A DNA stretch of 64,000 nucleotides from Lama guanicoe (GCA_013239625.1 MU055744.1:836355-900354); one strand, 5' to 3'; shown: positions 37,481 to 49,500, counted from the first letter of the stretch. Numbers and translations are program-made. The notes: generated by a model from the letters alone, not told the origin.

Positions 37481-37659
37481 AGGGGACCACGGAAAGCGGG
37501 AGAGCCGCGTGAGCCCTGAGTGTGTGCAGGGGACGAAGTCTTGTGTTACAGTCCGGCCAGCGGGGACTCACATGCCTGCAAGTCCAGGGTGCAAGGAACG
37601 AGGAGGCCAAGGGCTCTGTGCTTCCTGCGTTGTCTGATGCACTCTGCGTCTGCATCAGA

Positions 37660-37870
37660 AAGCGGGGTGAATAGTGTCCCCCCAAATTCATGTCCACCCA
37701 GAACCTCAGAATGTGACCCTACTGGGAAACAGAGTCTTTGCAGGTGTGGTTAGCTAATGATGGAGAGGAACTTGCCCTGGGCTAGGGTGGCCCCTACCCA
37801 ATGACCCGTGTCCTTACAGGAGGAGGAGGGACCCAGAGATCGGAGGAGGCAACTGTGAGTCTGGAGTCAC
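37660..37870 (+). mobile_element. MaLR LTR (MLT1B/C-like) 5' fragment
   Basis: 'gtgaatagtgtccccccaaattcatgtccacccagaacctcagaatgtgacc...gtctttgcaggtgt'. Confidence 0.85.
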
Positions 37871-39936
37871 AAGAGGCTGAGCAAGGAAGAGGGAGCGGCA
37901 GAGAGGGGCCGAGGGGCGGCGCTATGGGCAAGGCTCTAAGCAGGAGCTGGGAGGTGGGAAGGGCCATCTCAGACCTGGGGTCCAGGCTGGGCATCAACTG
38001 CTCAGTGTGGGGAGTGGGGAGTGGGGTGCCCGCCTCCCTGGAGGACTAGAGACGGAACGCTCAAGTCTGGCCCAGATGTCACGTGGCCACCAGCTTTGAC
38101 CGGGTAGAAGTACCTGCCAGGGGCTGGGGGCTGCTCCTTGCTAGGCGGGAGGAAGCCCCTAACAGGCGTGTCTGGAGGGGGCGCTGGGTCAGTGCCAGGC
38201 ATTTGCCACCGGGCCTGGGCCGCGTTCGCACTGGCCTCAGTGGTCCAGACTTGAAAAACGCTGGGTTCCGATCCCGGTGTCTACGGGGACTTGGGCCTGT
38301 TGCGTGCTTTCTGGGAGCCGCGGTTTCCCCATCCCAGGCCACTGTGTTGAAGGGACAGCAAAGTCCAGCTACGCAGACTCAACTAGGAGACCAGCTGTGC
38401 TGTGTCCCCAAGACCCAAAGGCTCGTCCCCGGAAACTCCTCAGGCCCTGGCAGTGCAGGCTGGACACAGGGATGGCCATGCCCCTGGCTGGGCCACGCCA
38501 CCACCAGCCCGCGGCCTGCAACAGCCTTTCCCAGGGAGGTCAGCCGGCGGAAACGCCTCCCCTTCCCCCTCCCTGCTCAGTTTGCAGTAACACAGGGACA
38601 TCCCCGCGGCTCTGCGAACAGCTGGGCCCCATCCTGCTCAACTCTGAGCCCCAGTGAGTCACCCCACTGGGCCTCCCACAGTCCAGCCGGCCAGCGAGGC
38701 TGCAGGCGCCACGTCCCCAGCTCCCACCCTCCACCAGGCTGTTCCGTGCCTGCTGAGGGGCCCCCGGCTCCGAGATGGCCTCCCCAGCTCAGGCCCTGGC
38801 ATCTGCAGCAGCGGCTGGAGCCTGAGTGAACTCCAGGGTCTGAGAGGCAGGAAAGAGCCAGGCTGGGTCCAGGCCCTACAGCCACACCGGCTGACCACAC
38901 TCCCTGCCCATCCCCACAAGGTCTGGGCCACCAGCCCCACGCCTGAGAGTGCAGACCTCCCCGGCTCCCGGATACGAGGCAGGGGAAGGTGGACCAGCCT
39001 CTCCCTGCATCCCCTGCTCACCCTGAGGCCCCTCCAGGAAACCCTCTGGGCTGAAGCCAGAAACTCACGTCACCAGAAGCTCAGAGCAGGTCACGAAGCT
39101 GGAGCGAAGCAACCAGCCCTGTTCCCCACGATCTCAGGCCGGCCGGCCGCCATCTCCCCTGTGTCTGGGCGGAGAGGAAGGGGCCCAGGCCTGCTCCCCG
39201 GCCTGACAGGAGGAAGGGGCAGAGTCCAGAAAGCAGAGGCCAGTGGTGCCCCCCTGGGGTGTGCAGGGTCTGTGACCCCACTGCACCCCTGCAGACGGCC
39301 TGGGGGGTGTGATGGGATTTGCACCTCAGGAGCACGGTACCCTCCATGCCCCCACCACAGATCTGTCTTCCTGGGGAGGTGGCGGGGGGGACCAGCCAGA
39401 TGGAGGAGCCCCTGGCCGTCCCCTAATCCACCCTCCTCTCCTGCAGCTGGAGAAGCCAGAGGCTGGTGGGCAGCTGGGCAGGCGGGCAGGCGGGCACCGG
39501 GAGGGCTGGGCACAGACAGGGGCCTCTTCTTCACCGAGGAGCTATAGGGGTGCACTCCCCACCCCGGCCATGCCTTGGCTAGGGGAGAGGAGGGCCAAAG
39601 GCAGAAGAGGAGGTTTTGATTTCAGCTGGACTAGACTCCTAAGTACCCGAGAAGCCTGCCCACAGCCCACGGGATCTGCCAAGGGGTCCCGAGAGTGGGA
39701 GCGGGGCTGTGGGGGTGATGGGCGGGGTGGGGGGGAAGGCCCTTCCCTGAGGGCACGGCTGACAGGCCAACTCACAAGCAGGTGGGATGAGTCCCATGGT
39801 GGTGAGACCTGCGCCCTGGCCTGCGAGGCCTCAGAGCGTCCCAGGGAGGCGGATGTTGGGGCCGAGTCAGGGGGAGGGAGAGGGTCCCAGGCAAGAGGCA
39901 GCCAGAGGCCGGAGGGTGACCTCCCTCCCTGGTCCT

Positions 39937-40050
39937 TCGTTCATTCATTCATTCATTCATTCACTGGTCAAAGATGTCTGGAGGCCAGCGGGTCCCAGCT
40001 ACAGGGACACGGTGCAGAGCCAGTGTGACCTGAAGGGGCCTCAGTCCAGA
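39937..40050 (-). mobile_element. L2 3' end with (TTCA)n tail
   Basis: ttcgttcattcattcattcattcattca followed by L2-like text. Confidence 0.6.
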
Positions 40051-40229
40051 GATGGGGCGTGAGGAGCGGTGCCACCAGCCGATGCAAAGGGAGGCAAAGG
40101 CCACACCATCTGTCTCCACCGCCCCAGCCAGGGCGGCGCGGGGACTCAGCCCGCCCCAGGGCAGTTCTGTGTCCATCGAGAGGCTATTTCTCAAATAAAG
40201 ACACAACCATCGACAGGGAAGGGGCTAGT

Positions 40230-40755
40230 GAGGGCCTTGAGAATTTCAAATTAATTCACATAAACCTGAGTGATTTGCCAGCCATTTCTTGACAAAAAAA
40301 ATTTGCTAAAGACCAGATTAAACACCAGCGACAAGTATCGGACACCCACAGGGTGGAGATATTGGGCTGGGCACATGGTACCCAGGATTATAAATAAGTG
40401 CAAATCATAAACGCAGAGATTAGAAATACAGATGCGGCTGCGCGGGACGCTGACAGTAACCAAGGCCACACAGGCAGGCCGCGCACCTTCACCTGCAAGG
40501 CTCTGCATTGCAACGGCAGCTCTGTTCAAAACTATTTCCAAAAATAAAATGCTCTCTAAAAATAGGAAAACATACCTGAGTACACTGAAGTGAAATAAAA
40601 TCTGTGCTGCTACAGGACCCCCTTGGCTGAGCGGATCTGTAAATCTTGCCCCTGGTGTTTATTTCAATTTGGTTTTATTTTTTTCCTGGTTTCCATGAAA
40701 CTGCTGGTAAATCATTCGAATTTATGTGAATTAATTTGAATTTCTTGAGGCCCTG
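40230..40755. mobile_element. About 525-bp element with about 60-bp terminal inverted repeats, probable ancient non-autonomous hAT-type DNA transposon
   Basis: 40230-40292 is the imperfect reverse complement of 40692-40755; perfect 20-bp core 40245-40264 / 40721-40740; right end reads CAGGGCC on the minus strand, as in hAT-Tip100 ends. Confidence 0.7.
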
Positions 40756-40782
40756 ACTAGACCTTTCTCTGTAAATCATGGT

Positions 40783-40944
40783 AATTTTTTTTCAATTTTC
40801 AGTTTATTTTTAATTCTTTTTGGGTGGGGGGAGGATAATTGGGTTTTCATTTGTTTATTTACTTTAGTGGAGGAGCTGGGGATTGAACCCAGGACCTTGT
40901 GCGTGCGAGGCATGCGCTCTACCACTGAGCTCTGCCTTCCCCCT
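40783..40944 (-). mobile_element. tRNA-derived camelid SINE (Vic-1-like), older copy with long tail
   Basis: 'ggaggagctggggattgaacccaggaccttgtgcgtgcgaggcatgcgctctaccactgagct' plus the 'ggggggaggataattgggttttcatttgtttattt' tail. Confidence 0.85.
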
Positions 40945-41099
40945 CAGACCAGGGTATTTTTATTTGAGAAAATATATTCTTCATAAAGGCTGAGACAGCA
41001 CGTACGTTTAAGGCGATTTCTGCTGGGTGAAGGAAATTCACAACCTTGGGTTTATTTGTTTGGTGTTTTTTGTTGTTTATTTGTTGTCTTTTGTTGTAC

Positions 41100-42560
41100 T
41101 TAAATGTGACCATATTTCAGCCCAAGTGTTCTCTCAGGTGCTGCGTTTGCACCTCTGTTCGGGGTGCCTTTCTCCCACAGATACGTTTGTAACACAAAGT
41201 TCAAATGGGTTGTTGCTACATTTGACTCTTTCGAATGGCCGTCTCAATTTTGTTCCGTTTAGCTTCAGCATATAAATTTACCCAATTAAACCTACAAGCA
41301 CCATCAAAACGTTCCTCCCACAAGTACGATTTTTCCAAAGCACAATTACACGACTTGAAATTAGATCTCGTGCACTGTCTGAGGCCTGGAGCGAAGTCTG
41401 TCTGTCTCCCCTTTGGCTTCCACGGGGATAAACGGCAGTGCCCTCCACGTGGGGACTTTGTTTTCAATCATGACGATTCTTAGAAGATTCGAAAGCTCGG
41501 GGGCTTTGGCTCCGTTTGTCACATCGATCACTGAAAGCCGTCCAAATGAATTCAAATAGAACGCAGGAGACTCCCGGGTGATACTTCGATGGCGCAAACA
41601 CGCCTGAAGCCCGGCCGCAGGCGGCAGGCGGCAGGCGGCAGGCGGCAGGCGGCAGGCGGCAGGCGGAGAGAGCGCGCGCCGCAGCGCGGACCGGCTCGCC
41701 CCTTCGTCGCGCGGCCCCTCCCCGGCGCGCCGTGCGTGCGCCGCCCCTGCGCACACGCGGGCGCTCGGGCATTCGGGTGCCTGCGCCGTCCGTTTCCATC
41801 GGCTGCACACGGCGTGGCTTCAGTGCGGTTAGGGGTCCTGCGCACGTCGCAGCCCGTTCCCAGTAATAAAGAATGAGTTCCTCGATTTCGGCAAAATGCT
41901 GTATTTTTTTAATCACGGAGCTACGATCCTCCAAAATTCAGCCTCTTGTCACCTTCAGAACAAACAAACTTCAGTGTTGAGGGGCTCGTTTGGTTTTCCC
42001 TGCACGTGCAGCCCTGTTGACAGCACACCAGATGTTTCTCGTTTGTTCCAATGAACTTCCAGGTGTTCCCCTCTGTTCCATCCACTGGGTTAAAAAAATA
42101 AATAAAAATGGTTTGGGAATGAATTTAACTGGTTTCCTGCTCGAAGCAACTGATGATGCAGATCTAAACAGGTGCCCCCAGGGGCGGGACAGTGCGCTGG
42201 TGACACGCGCAACCGGGACCGGGGACGAAGAAAGCGACTTTCCAAGAACAGACGCTCACTCCGAGTAAAATCACGGGCTCCACCGCGTGGGCGTCAGCGC
42301 AGCCCTTGCGGCCACGCGGGTGCCGCTGTCTCCCGCCCCCAGAAGCGGGCGGGCCGGATGGCCACGCCCACAGCCCCGCCCCGAAGCGGGCCGGGCCCGC
42401 TGGCCACGCCCACCCGCTCTCGCCCTGCCGCCATTGCCGCGCAGCCCCGCCGGCCTTACGCTCGATGGCCGCTCCCTTCTCTTCGAGGCTTTGCGAGGCC
42501 CGGTCTCCACGTTTCTGCTCGCTGCCGCGTGGGCTACTGCAGAGGTTTTAAAGCATTACC
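41100..42560 (-). mobile_element. hAT-Blackjack-like transposase fossil (frameshifted)
   Basis: Minus-strand peptides, in order: SASSVASSRKPVKFIP (cf. SVSSDASNRKSVKLIP, first catalytic D region), GDKRLNFGG (cf. GDNTNTNFGG), LLGTGCDVR (cf. LGIGCxxH), RALPFIPVEAK, and NCALEKSYLWEERFDGACRFNWVNLY (cf. NCALEYLDLWEESFDGA..FNWINLY). Comparisons are to recalled consensus. Confidence 0.8.
41617..41665 (+). repeat. (GCAGGCG)7 perfect heptamer tandem repeat
   Basis: Seven exact copies; gives the RLPPAAC repeats seen in the ORF track. Confidence 0.97.
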
Positions 42561-43450
42561 AAACAATAAAAAACAGTTGCGGATTTGCACCCTGCAGCCC
42601 CTGACAAACCGCGGGAGAGGTTAGGCTGGTCCCGACCCCTCGGCCCTCCACGCGGGCTGCGCGCAGTCCGTGGCTTCCCGACGCGAGCCTTCCCCGACCC
42701 AGCCCCTGGGCCCGGTGGCCCGCCCTCACTCGGGGCGGCCCCGGAAGACGGCCTTCAGGTAGGACCCCTGCCGTCAGACTCCCGTGCAGGGCCAGGCAGG
42801 AGGTCGGGGCGCGCGACGCCTCGGGGCAGGGCGGGCGGCCGGAGAGCCAGCGGCCTGGCGGGGGGCGCCCCTGTGCGGCCGCCCTCCGCGGCCTCCTCCG
42901 GCGGCGGTGGTCCGGGGGGACGGGTGCCCCCGGAGCGGCTCGGCCGGCCCCAGAGTGCAGAGCCGGGCTGGGCGGCAGAGCAGCGGGCTGGGTGGGAGGG
43001 CCCCCGCCGAGGCGAGCGTGCAGCCTTCGGGCACAGAGACCCCGGGAGGGCGCCGTGCCTCCACGCCCCCGAACGGCCTCCCTCCGACAAGGCAGGGCTG
43101 TCAGGCCCCATCAGACCTTCCGCCCCGGGGGCCACTTGCCTTCTGCATCGCTCCGCGACCCAGGCGCGGGCCCACCGTCCCCGGCCACACGGCCTCGGCC
43201 GGCTGCACGCGCCACGGGCCCGCGGGCGCCTCGCTCCGCAGCACGGGACCCGCGGGACGTGCCTCGGGCCAGCGGGGCGGGCCTATGGCGAGGCAGCGGC
43301 ACGGGACCACCACCCCCGGCCCCGGTGGCCCTGCCTCCCACCTCGTCACCCAGAAAGCTCCGTGGCGTCCTACCTCCTGGCCCGGCTGGACGGTGGCCTC
43401 TGTGGAGGAGGACGCTGTCCTTCCGTGTAACAGCCAGCAGGTAGAGACAG
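42280..43450. promoter_or_regulatory. Orphan CpG island (about 85% GC at its core)
   Basis: 42841-42900 has 51/60 G+C with dense CpG; no associated exon recognised. Confidence 0.7.
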
Positions 43451-43860
43451 CCCGCAAGTCCACCGGCAGGAACCGGTGAGCAGACGTGGTCTGTGCTCTC
43501 GGCGGAGCAGCGCTCAGCCACTGCAGGGGGCGGCGTCCTGGTGCCCGTCGCGCTGGGGACGGACCTCAGAAACCGACGCGGGAAAGCAGCCAGGCAGGAG
43601 CGGTCACCCATCGTGCGACCCCGGGGAGAGGGAAGGCCACAAAGAGCAGATCCAGGCGGACGGGCGGCTGCCGGGAAACTGGGGCAGAGGAGCGGGCGTG
43701 GTTATTTCATGTGCGTGGGGCGATAAACACGTTTCCGAGCTAGCTGGAGGGCTGGCCGCGCGACATCGTGAATGCGCTAGACGCCACTGAGCTGTTCACT
43801 TTAAGGTGGATAATTGTATGTTATGCAAATTTCATCTCGCTAGAAATACATTAAAGAGAA
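43330..43860 (+). mobile_element. L1MB-like 3' end, GC/CpG-shifted in its 5' part
   Basis: 'gacatcgtgaatgcgctagacgccactgagctgttcactttaaggtggataattgtatgttatgcaaatttcatctc' matches the L1MB terminus. Confidence 0.8.
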
Positions 43861-46704
43861 AAGGGAAAGGTTCCGTATATATTTTGAGCCCTTGTGCTTC
43901 AAGGCGCCATAAACGCTTTGAACCGGCGGCCACTGTTCAGTGAGCGCTTTGAGCCCAGAAAGTAGAAGGCACGGACCTGGGAGCCAAGGCGCGCGCGGCA
44001 CAGCCCTTCCCACCGCAGCGGCCCTCCCACGCCCACCCCGAGCCCAGCCCTGGGAATCCGGCTTCCATCCTCACAGCTTCAGTCTGTAGCACGAGAGGCC
44101 CAGTCCCCAGGGATGATACCCTTCCTCCAGGGAGGTTCACAAGGGTCTCTGCGAACCTCCTGCTCTCGGTTCCCTCAGGGTAGCTGAGCCAAAAGCAAAG
44201 AAAGGGGTGCCCCATCCTCCCTCCCCACCCTCCCCACGAGGGGCTGGGGGTGCAGCCGCGTCATGGGGCAGGAGGGTCGTTCTGGGCGCCCTCTGGGGGC
44301 CACCACCCTGGGGATAAGAGTCGATGGACCACCACAGCAGCCAGGGACAACGGAAGCCGGGACTCCCAGGCCTGGCGCGGGAAGGCTGCGGTCTCTGCAT
44401 GGCGAGCAGCCCAGGCCCGCAGAAGCGTGGGTGCGGGGGTGGGGTCAGGCAGGCGGGGCCAGGCAGGCAGGATGTAGCGAGGATGCACCGGAAGGCATTC
44501 CAGCTCATCCCACTAACTCTCCTGAATTGAGGCGGGGTTTTGGGGGATGCTGAGAGCCACCATACTGAAGCATCAAAGACCGGACAGAAAGGGCCGGTGG
44601 AGAGGCTCAAGGAGTCTGAACAAGGCGAAAACCTGCCCACACGCCCTCAGCCTGCCCCGGGTCACGTGGGCAGCGCACCATGACCCCTGCTGCCCACCGT
44701 TCTTAGCCGGGAGGCTTCTCTGCTGAGGGGTTGCTCTGTCCATGAACACACAGGACTGAAGTCCCCAGAACAACCCTCGAAGAACAAGGAGTCAGAAGTC
44801 CCCAGTGTCCCCACCACCCTCAGAGAGAGAGCTCAGAGGCTCCGCTCATTAGGACACACTCTTGGTCCCCCTCCCCCATCTAACTTCCCCACGGCCTCGC
44901 AGGGACTCCCAGGAGCACCTCCGCAGTAAACTACTTGCATCCAGATCTCTGTCTTGGGGTCTGCCTGGGTGGGAAGCCAGCCTACGGCACACTCAGGCCC
45001 CCGAGGCCGTCCTGGGCGGGAAGACGTCCGTTGTGCCTGAGAAGGAGAAGGAAAATCACAGCCGGCCCCGGGCTCACGGCCCAGAATTAACCACACGGTG
45101 AAGGGGCCGTCCCCCAACTGCCCCCGAGAAGAGGCTTCAAACTGGACTTTCCAGGCAAACCCAGAGCCAGCCAGGCACTGGGCACCGGCCCCTTCCTTCT
45201 AAACAGCGGAGACGTCACCTTAGGCTCCGGACCCACCCGGCCCAGCGTCCAGCACCGTCTCCTGCTCAGAGGACAGGGGGACCCTGGTGCCTGGTGGTGC
45301 GTCCTCTGCCCGTCCTCCACCACCTGTCCTCCCCTGCAGTCGGGGACCCAACCAGATGCTGCCTGGTTCCGTCCCTACCCCTCACTCTGCTCCCATTCAT
45401 GTCCTCCCATTGCTCCAGAGGGCGACTGTACAACAGGCGCACGGGGACACTGAGACAGGGCATAAAATGCTGAAACACTGCCTGTCGCTCAGCAGGGACA
45501 GGGACTTTCCATGCTCCCCTCTCCTTCCAGACACCGGGGCCATTCAGAAACGAAGGGGTTAGTTCCAGGACCTCACTCCAGCCTGGCTATCTGCCCGTTC
45601 TCAGCACCCTGCCTCACCTCCTCCCCGTTGTCCTCCACCCCTTTGTCTCGCTCACCTCCAGAGAACCCTAGAACCTGCCCTTTCTGCACCTCCCACTTGG
45701 GGAATTATACTCAGTTCTCAGTCCCTTGGCTAAATCTCTCCTCTCCTACAGGGCTAGCTCCTTTGGCGCAGGGCAGGGTGGTTTTTTGGTTTTTTGTTTT
45801 TCTTTCTTGCTTGCTATTGTGTTCTCAGCACCGGGCAAGGTACCAGCCCAGACCAGGAACTCAGCAACTGCCTGCTAGGGGATGAATGAATGCGTGAATG
45901 AAATGCCCTCTGAGCTGGCGCCCCGCCCCCCCGCCAGCCCCCACCGGTTACAGCAAGCAGCGCACGCGGGCATCCCGGCTGCGCTGTGACTCTGGACTCT
46001 CGGGAATGCTTTGGCAGCACAAAGAATTCTGCTCCAAACCCCAACTGGACTCCTTATCTTCAAGGATTGCACAAAACACTGGAACTCACTTTAATCCTAA
46101 CTGTCCGTTTAGAGAACATGCAAACCAGTAAGGCTCAAGGGCGGGGGTGGGGGGGGCGGTGAACTCGGCAATCCTCCATCTGAATCAGATGCTGGGCGGG
46201 CGTGAGCCGGCTGTTCTGAAACACACGGACAGATTCCTAACGCTCGTGTTGAAAGCCTGCAGAGGCACATCTGGGCTCACTGGCGGCACAGGCCTCAGCT
46301 GGAGGGCTGGACGTGGTCCTCCTTCTGGTGGGCTGACTTGCGACTTCAGGCGTGGCCTGACAGGGGCACCTCGACCAGCCTTTGAGAAGATCCACATCCT
46401 ATCTTCTCCAAAACCTTCCGTGACACCCGAGGACGTGGACGGAACTTTATATAAGTCAGCAGTGGCTTGTTCTCCAGCTCCACTGCCCGGCAAGCCCCGC
46501 CGCGCGCTCGCTGCACTGCAGCAGGGGGCGGGAGGGTTACACGGACACGGGGTCGGGGGGGGGGCCAGGTCGTCGCCACGAAGCAGGTCAGGGCACCGAA
46601 GCAGCTAGGGGGCGTCCCTGGAGCCAGACAGGCTTCAGATCACAGCTGCCTACTCAGCCCCTCCATGGCCCACAGCAAGTCACTCACCCCAGAGCCTCAT
46701 CCAT

Positions 46705-46920
46705 AAACGGGGAGGTTAATAGGCACGTGTTACTGTGGATAAAATGGATAAACAAGGAGGGCCTACTGGACGGCACAGGGAACTATATTCAGTATCTTGC
46801 AATAACCTATAATGGAAAAGAATCAAAAGAAAATGTCCACATGCATGTGTCTGTATGACTGAACCGTCTGCCGCACACCTGAAACTGACATCGTAAATCA
46901 ACTACATTTCAATAAAAAAT
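46705..46920 (+). mobile_element. Cetartiodactyl-type L1 3' end (L1_Art-like), 5' truncated
   Basis: 'ataaaatggataaacaaggagggcctactggacggcacagggaactatattcagtatcttgcaataacctataatggaaaagaat...cacctgaaactgacatcgtaaatcaactacatttcaataaaaaa'. Confidence 0.85.
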
Positions 46921-47699
46921 TTTTTTAAATTGTGGGGAAGAAAACACTCTTCTGTTGTGGAGTCAACAGACACGCACACCGCGCCTGGCACACCTCAGGC
47001 GCTCGATGTTTGTGGATGGCTTTGTTATGCACCTACTGTATGCCAGGCCCCGGGCCCATTCATGACAGCCCCCATGATCACTGTCCCAGGGGCCGCATGT
47101 CTGGCCACAGAAGGACCCTGTTTGGGGCTCAGGTTATAACGAAGCCCCTTCTTTATCCATGGAGAGAACACAGGCCCAGGACGACAAGCACACAAGTGGG
47201 AAAGGAAGGTGGGAAGGACGGCGGGGCCCCCGGCGAGCAGCACCCCTCCCGGGAGCACATACACTCTGCAGTTCACTGGCCGAGGCAAGGGGACACCAGC
47301 GCTCTGCTGGAAGCTTCCTCCAGGGAGCTCTCCACAGACACGGTTGAAGAGCTGCACCCCCAGGTGCACACAGGCCAGGCGGGGGCAGCGTGGTGCGCGC
47401 AGAAACACAGGAACAGGATCCCCACGGTCCCTCCAGCCAGGTCCCAGGCAGAGTGCTCTCCATCCACTATTTCATGGATTCCCCCAACAGCCCAACAAGC
47501 CAGGCCCCATCCTCACCCCAATTTTATAGCCGGGAGGTTCTGAAGGGTCGCTGGCCTGCCCAGGAGCCCACACAGTGGGGTCAGGATTTGAACACAGGCC
47601 ACTGACCCCAGAACTGGTCTCTAAGGACCATCCCCATGAAAGAGAGGGCCCTGGACCAGAGCAGAGGACTGTCCTCCAGGACATCGGCGCAGGAAGCCC

Positions 47700-48202
47700 G
47701 AAACTCTGACGAGAAGGAGCCGGACATTGATCCTCGGGCCCCTGCTGCCTGCATCTCCTTGATGGTGGAAGTACCCACGTCCGAGCTGACTTTGGAGGGT
47801 CCTCCCCCAAGTTTTCACGCTGAGCTGTTTTGCAGATACTCAAACCCCGACCAGGTGGAAGAAGTTAACTGCGTGCTGACCACCAGCACGTAGACCCCAG
47901 ACCAGCTGGAACCAGAAGGTTGATGACTGAGATTCCTGACACATCGTCCTGTAACCTCCCCACCAACCAGTCAGAGAAGCGTGCACAAGCTGAGCATGCA
48001 CCCCACGATCCTCTCCCTCATTTTGTCTTTAAGAACCTTTCCTTGAAAGTCTTCAGGGAGTTCCAGTCTTTGAGCACGAGCAGCCCATTCTCCGTGCTCG
48101 GCACCGTGCAATAGATGCTGCACTGCGCTTCAGCACGGCCTGATGTCACAGACTGGCTTTGCTGCACAGCAGGCGAGCGGACTCAAGTTTGGCTTGGTAA
48201 CG
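47700..48202 (+). mobile_element. ERV1 LTR (MER34/MER39-like) fragment
   Basis: 'gtctttaagaacctttccttgaaagtcttcagggagttccagtctttgagcacgagc' and 3' end 'ggcgagcggactcaagtttggcttggtaac'; 5' boundary uncertain. Confidence 0.7.
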
Positions 48203-48579
48203 ATGCAAAGAATCACCATCCCCTTAGAGCCGTTCCTCCAGCTTCAGCCAGAAAAATGCCTCTGTCCAAGCGCCCGCCTTCTGCTTCTGTGATCCCAGTG
48301 AAAATGCAGCTCGAAATGCAGGAGGGGCAGCTGTTGGGGAGAGTTTGCTGACCCAGAGTCTAGCAGAAAGTTCAACCCAGTGCTTGGCCGAGTTTCCCAC
48401 CATCCCTTCATGCAGCCCTGGAATAAAAGATGAGTCACAGAAGCTCTGAAATCGGGCTATAGATGTCCCCAGATTCTCATTATTTGACCACAAAATCTGC
48501 ACAAAGTGGATGAGATTCTGAATGGTTAAAATCCCCCCAAGGAAGTGCTACCAAGCCAAGAATCGGAGGCCTGAGCCGT

Positions 48580-48870
48580 GGCAGAAGCGGCCAGCTGACC
48601 GCAGGGGCCTGACTCCCTTTCCGTGGTGCAGAGTGGTGCTGGGAGCCGCTGCGCTGCCACGGACGTTTCCCCGCCTCCCTTGCAGCTGGGTGGAACCGTG
48701 TGATCGGTTCTCACCAATGAGAGGGAAGAGGGGGCGCCAGGAGCACTTCCCGGTCAAGGTGGTGGGAGGCGCGGTGCCGCCATGCTCTCTCTCTGTACAG
48801 GCTTCGGGGGAGCCCCGGGGGGAGCCTGGGGCCCCAGTAACTGCCTGGAGGAGAACTCCTGAGCAGGAAC
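48580..48870 (+). mobile_element. ERVL LTR16-like fragment
   Basis: 'cgtttccccgcctcccttgcagctgggtggaaccgtgtgatcggttctcaccaatgagagg' resembles LTR16 core. Confidence 0.6.
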
Positions 48871-49149
48871 AGCCGTGCCTCCTCTTGCTGCGAGGGCGCC
48901 GCGGTTCCGCGATGACCCGGCGGTGCCCGCCGATGGAAGGAGGACAGAGAAAAGGCATGGGACGCGCCTGCGTGCCGGCGTGCGGGGAACGGCAGCCCCG
49001 CTAGCAGGCGGAGAGCTGTCAGTATGCCTCAAGGCATCAGAAAGGCATCGGATGGTCATTAGCGGTCCTCGTGCTGCCCGGGTCCCCGACCCCGCCACTC
49101 TGCCCGAGGTCCAGGGCTCGGCACGGGCGGCCCGTTCTCCGTGCTGCTT

Positions 49150-49500
49150 GACTGCTGCTGGTCCCCAGTCTCTTCTGCACGTTACGTTTGCGTCCATTGC
49201 GTATTTCCACAGCTAAAGAGCATTTATTTTCACTGCCGGATGTTGTTTGTCTAAATACCATTGTTATTTACCCATTTTCCTAAGAGGGACAGTCAGCACG
49301 TCTCGGTTCTGGCTGTGGAGCAGAGCTGCTACGCACATGTTTGCACACATCTCTTGGGGCCCATGTGTGCGCTCCCTGAGGGGAAGAGCCTCGGTCACAG
49401 CACACGGCGGGCTCAGCTTCGACAGACGAGGCCGGACGGTGTCCAGCGGGGCTATCCCACCGCCCCCTTCCCCCAGCAGGGCACGGGCACTCGGGGCAAT
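49150..49500 (-). mobile_element. Old L1 3' fragment, antisense, GC-shifted
   Basis: 'gttatttacccattttcctaagagggacag...ctgctacgcacatgtttgcacacatctcttgg'. Confidence 0.6.

Noticed and set aside
41216-41934. Possible domesticated hAT/ZBED-like gene
   Set aside because: Multiple frameshifts and stops, the first catalytic Asp appears lost (VASS instead of DASN), and a heptamer repeat interrupts it
43814-43830. Sox-Oct-like TGTTATGCAAAT
   Set aside because: Only a couple of substitutions from the ordinary L1MB terminal sequence, and the Sox half-site is imperfect
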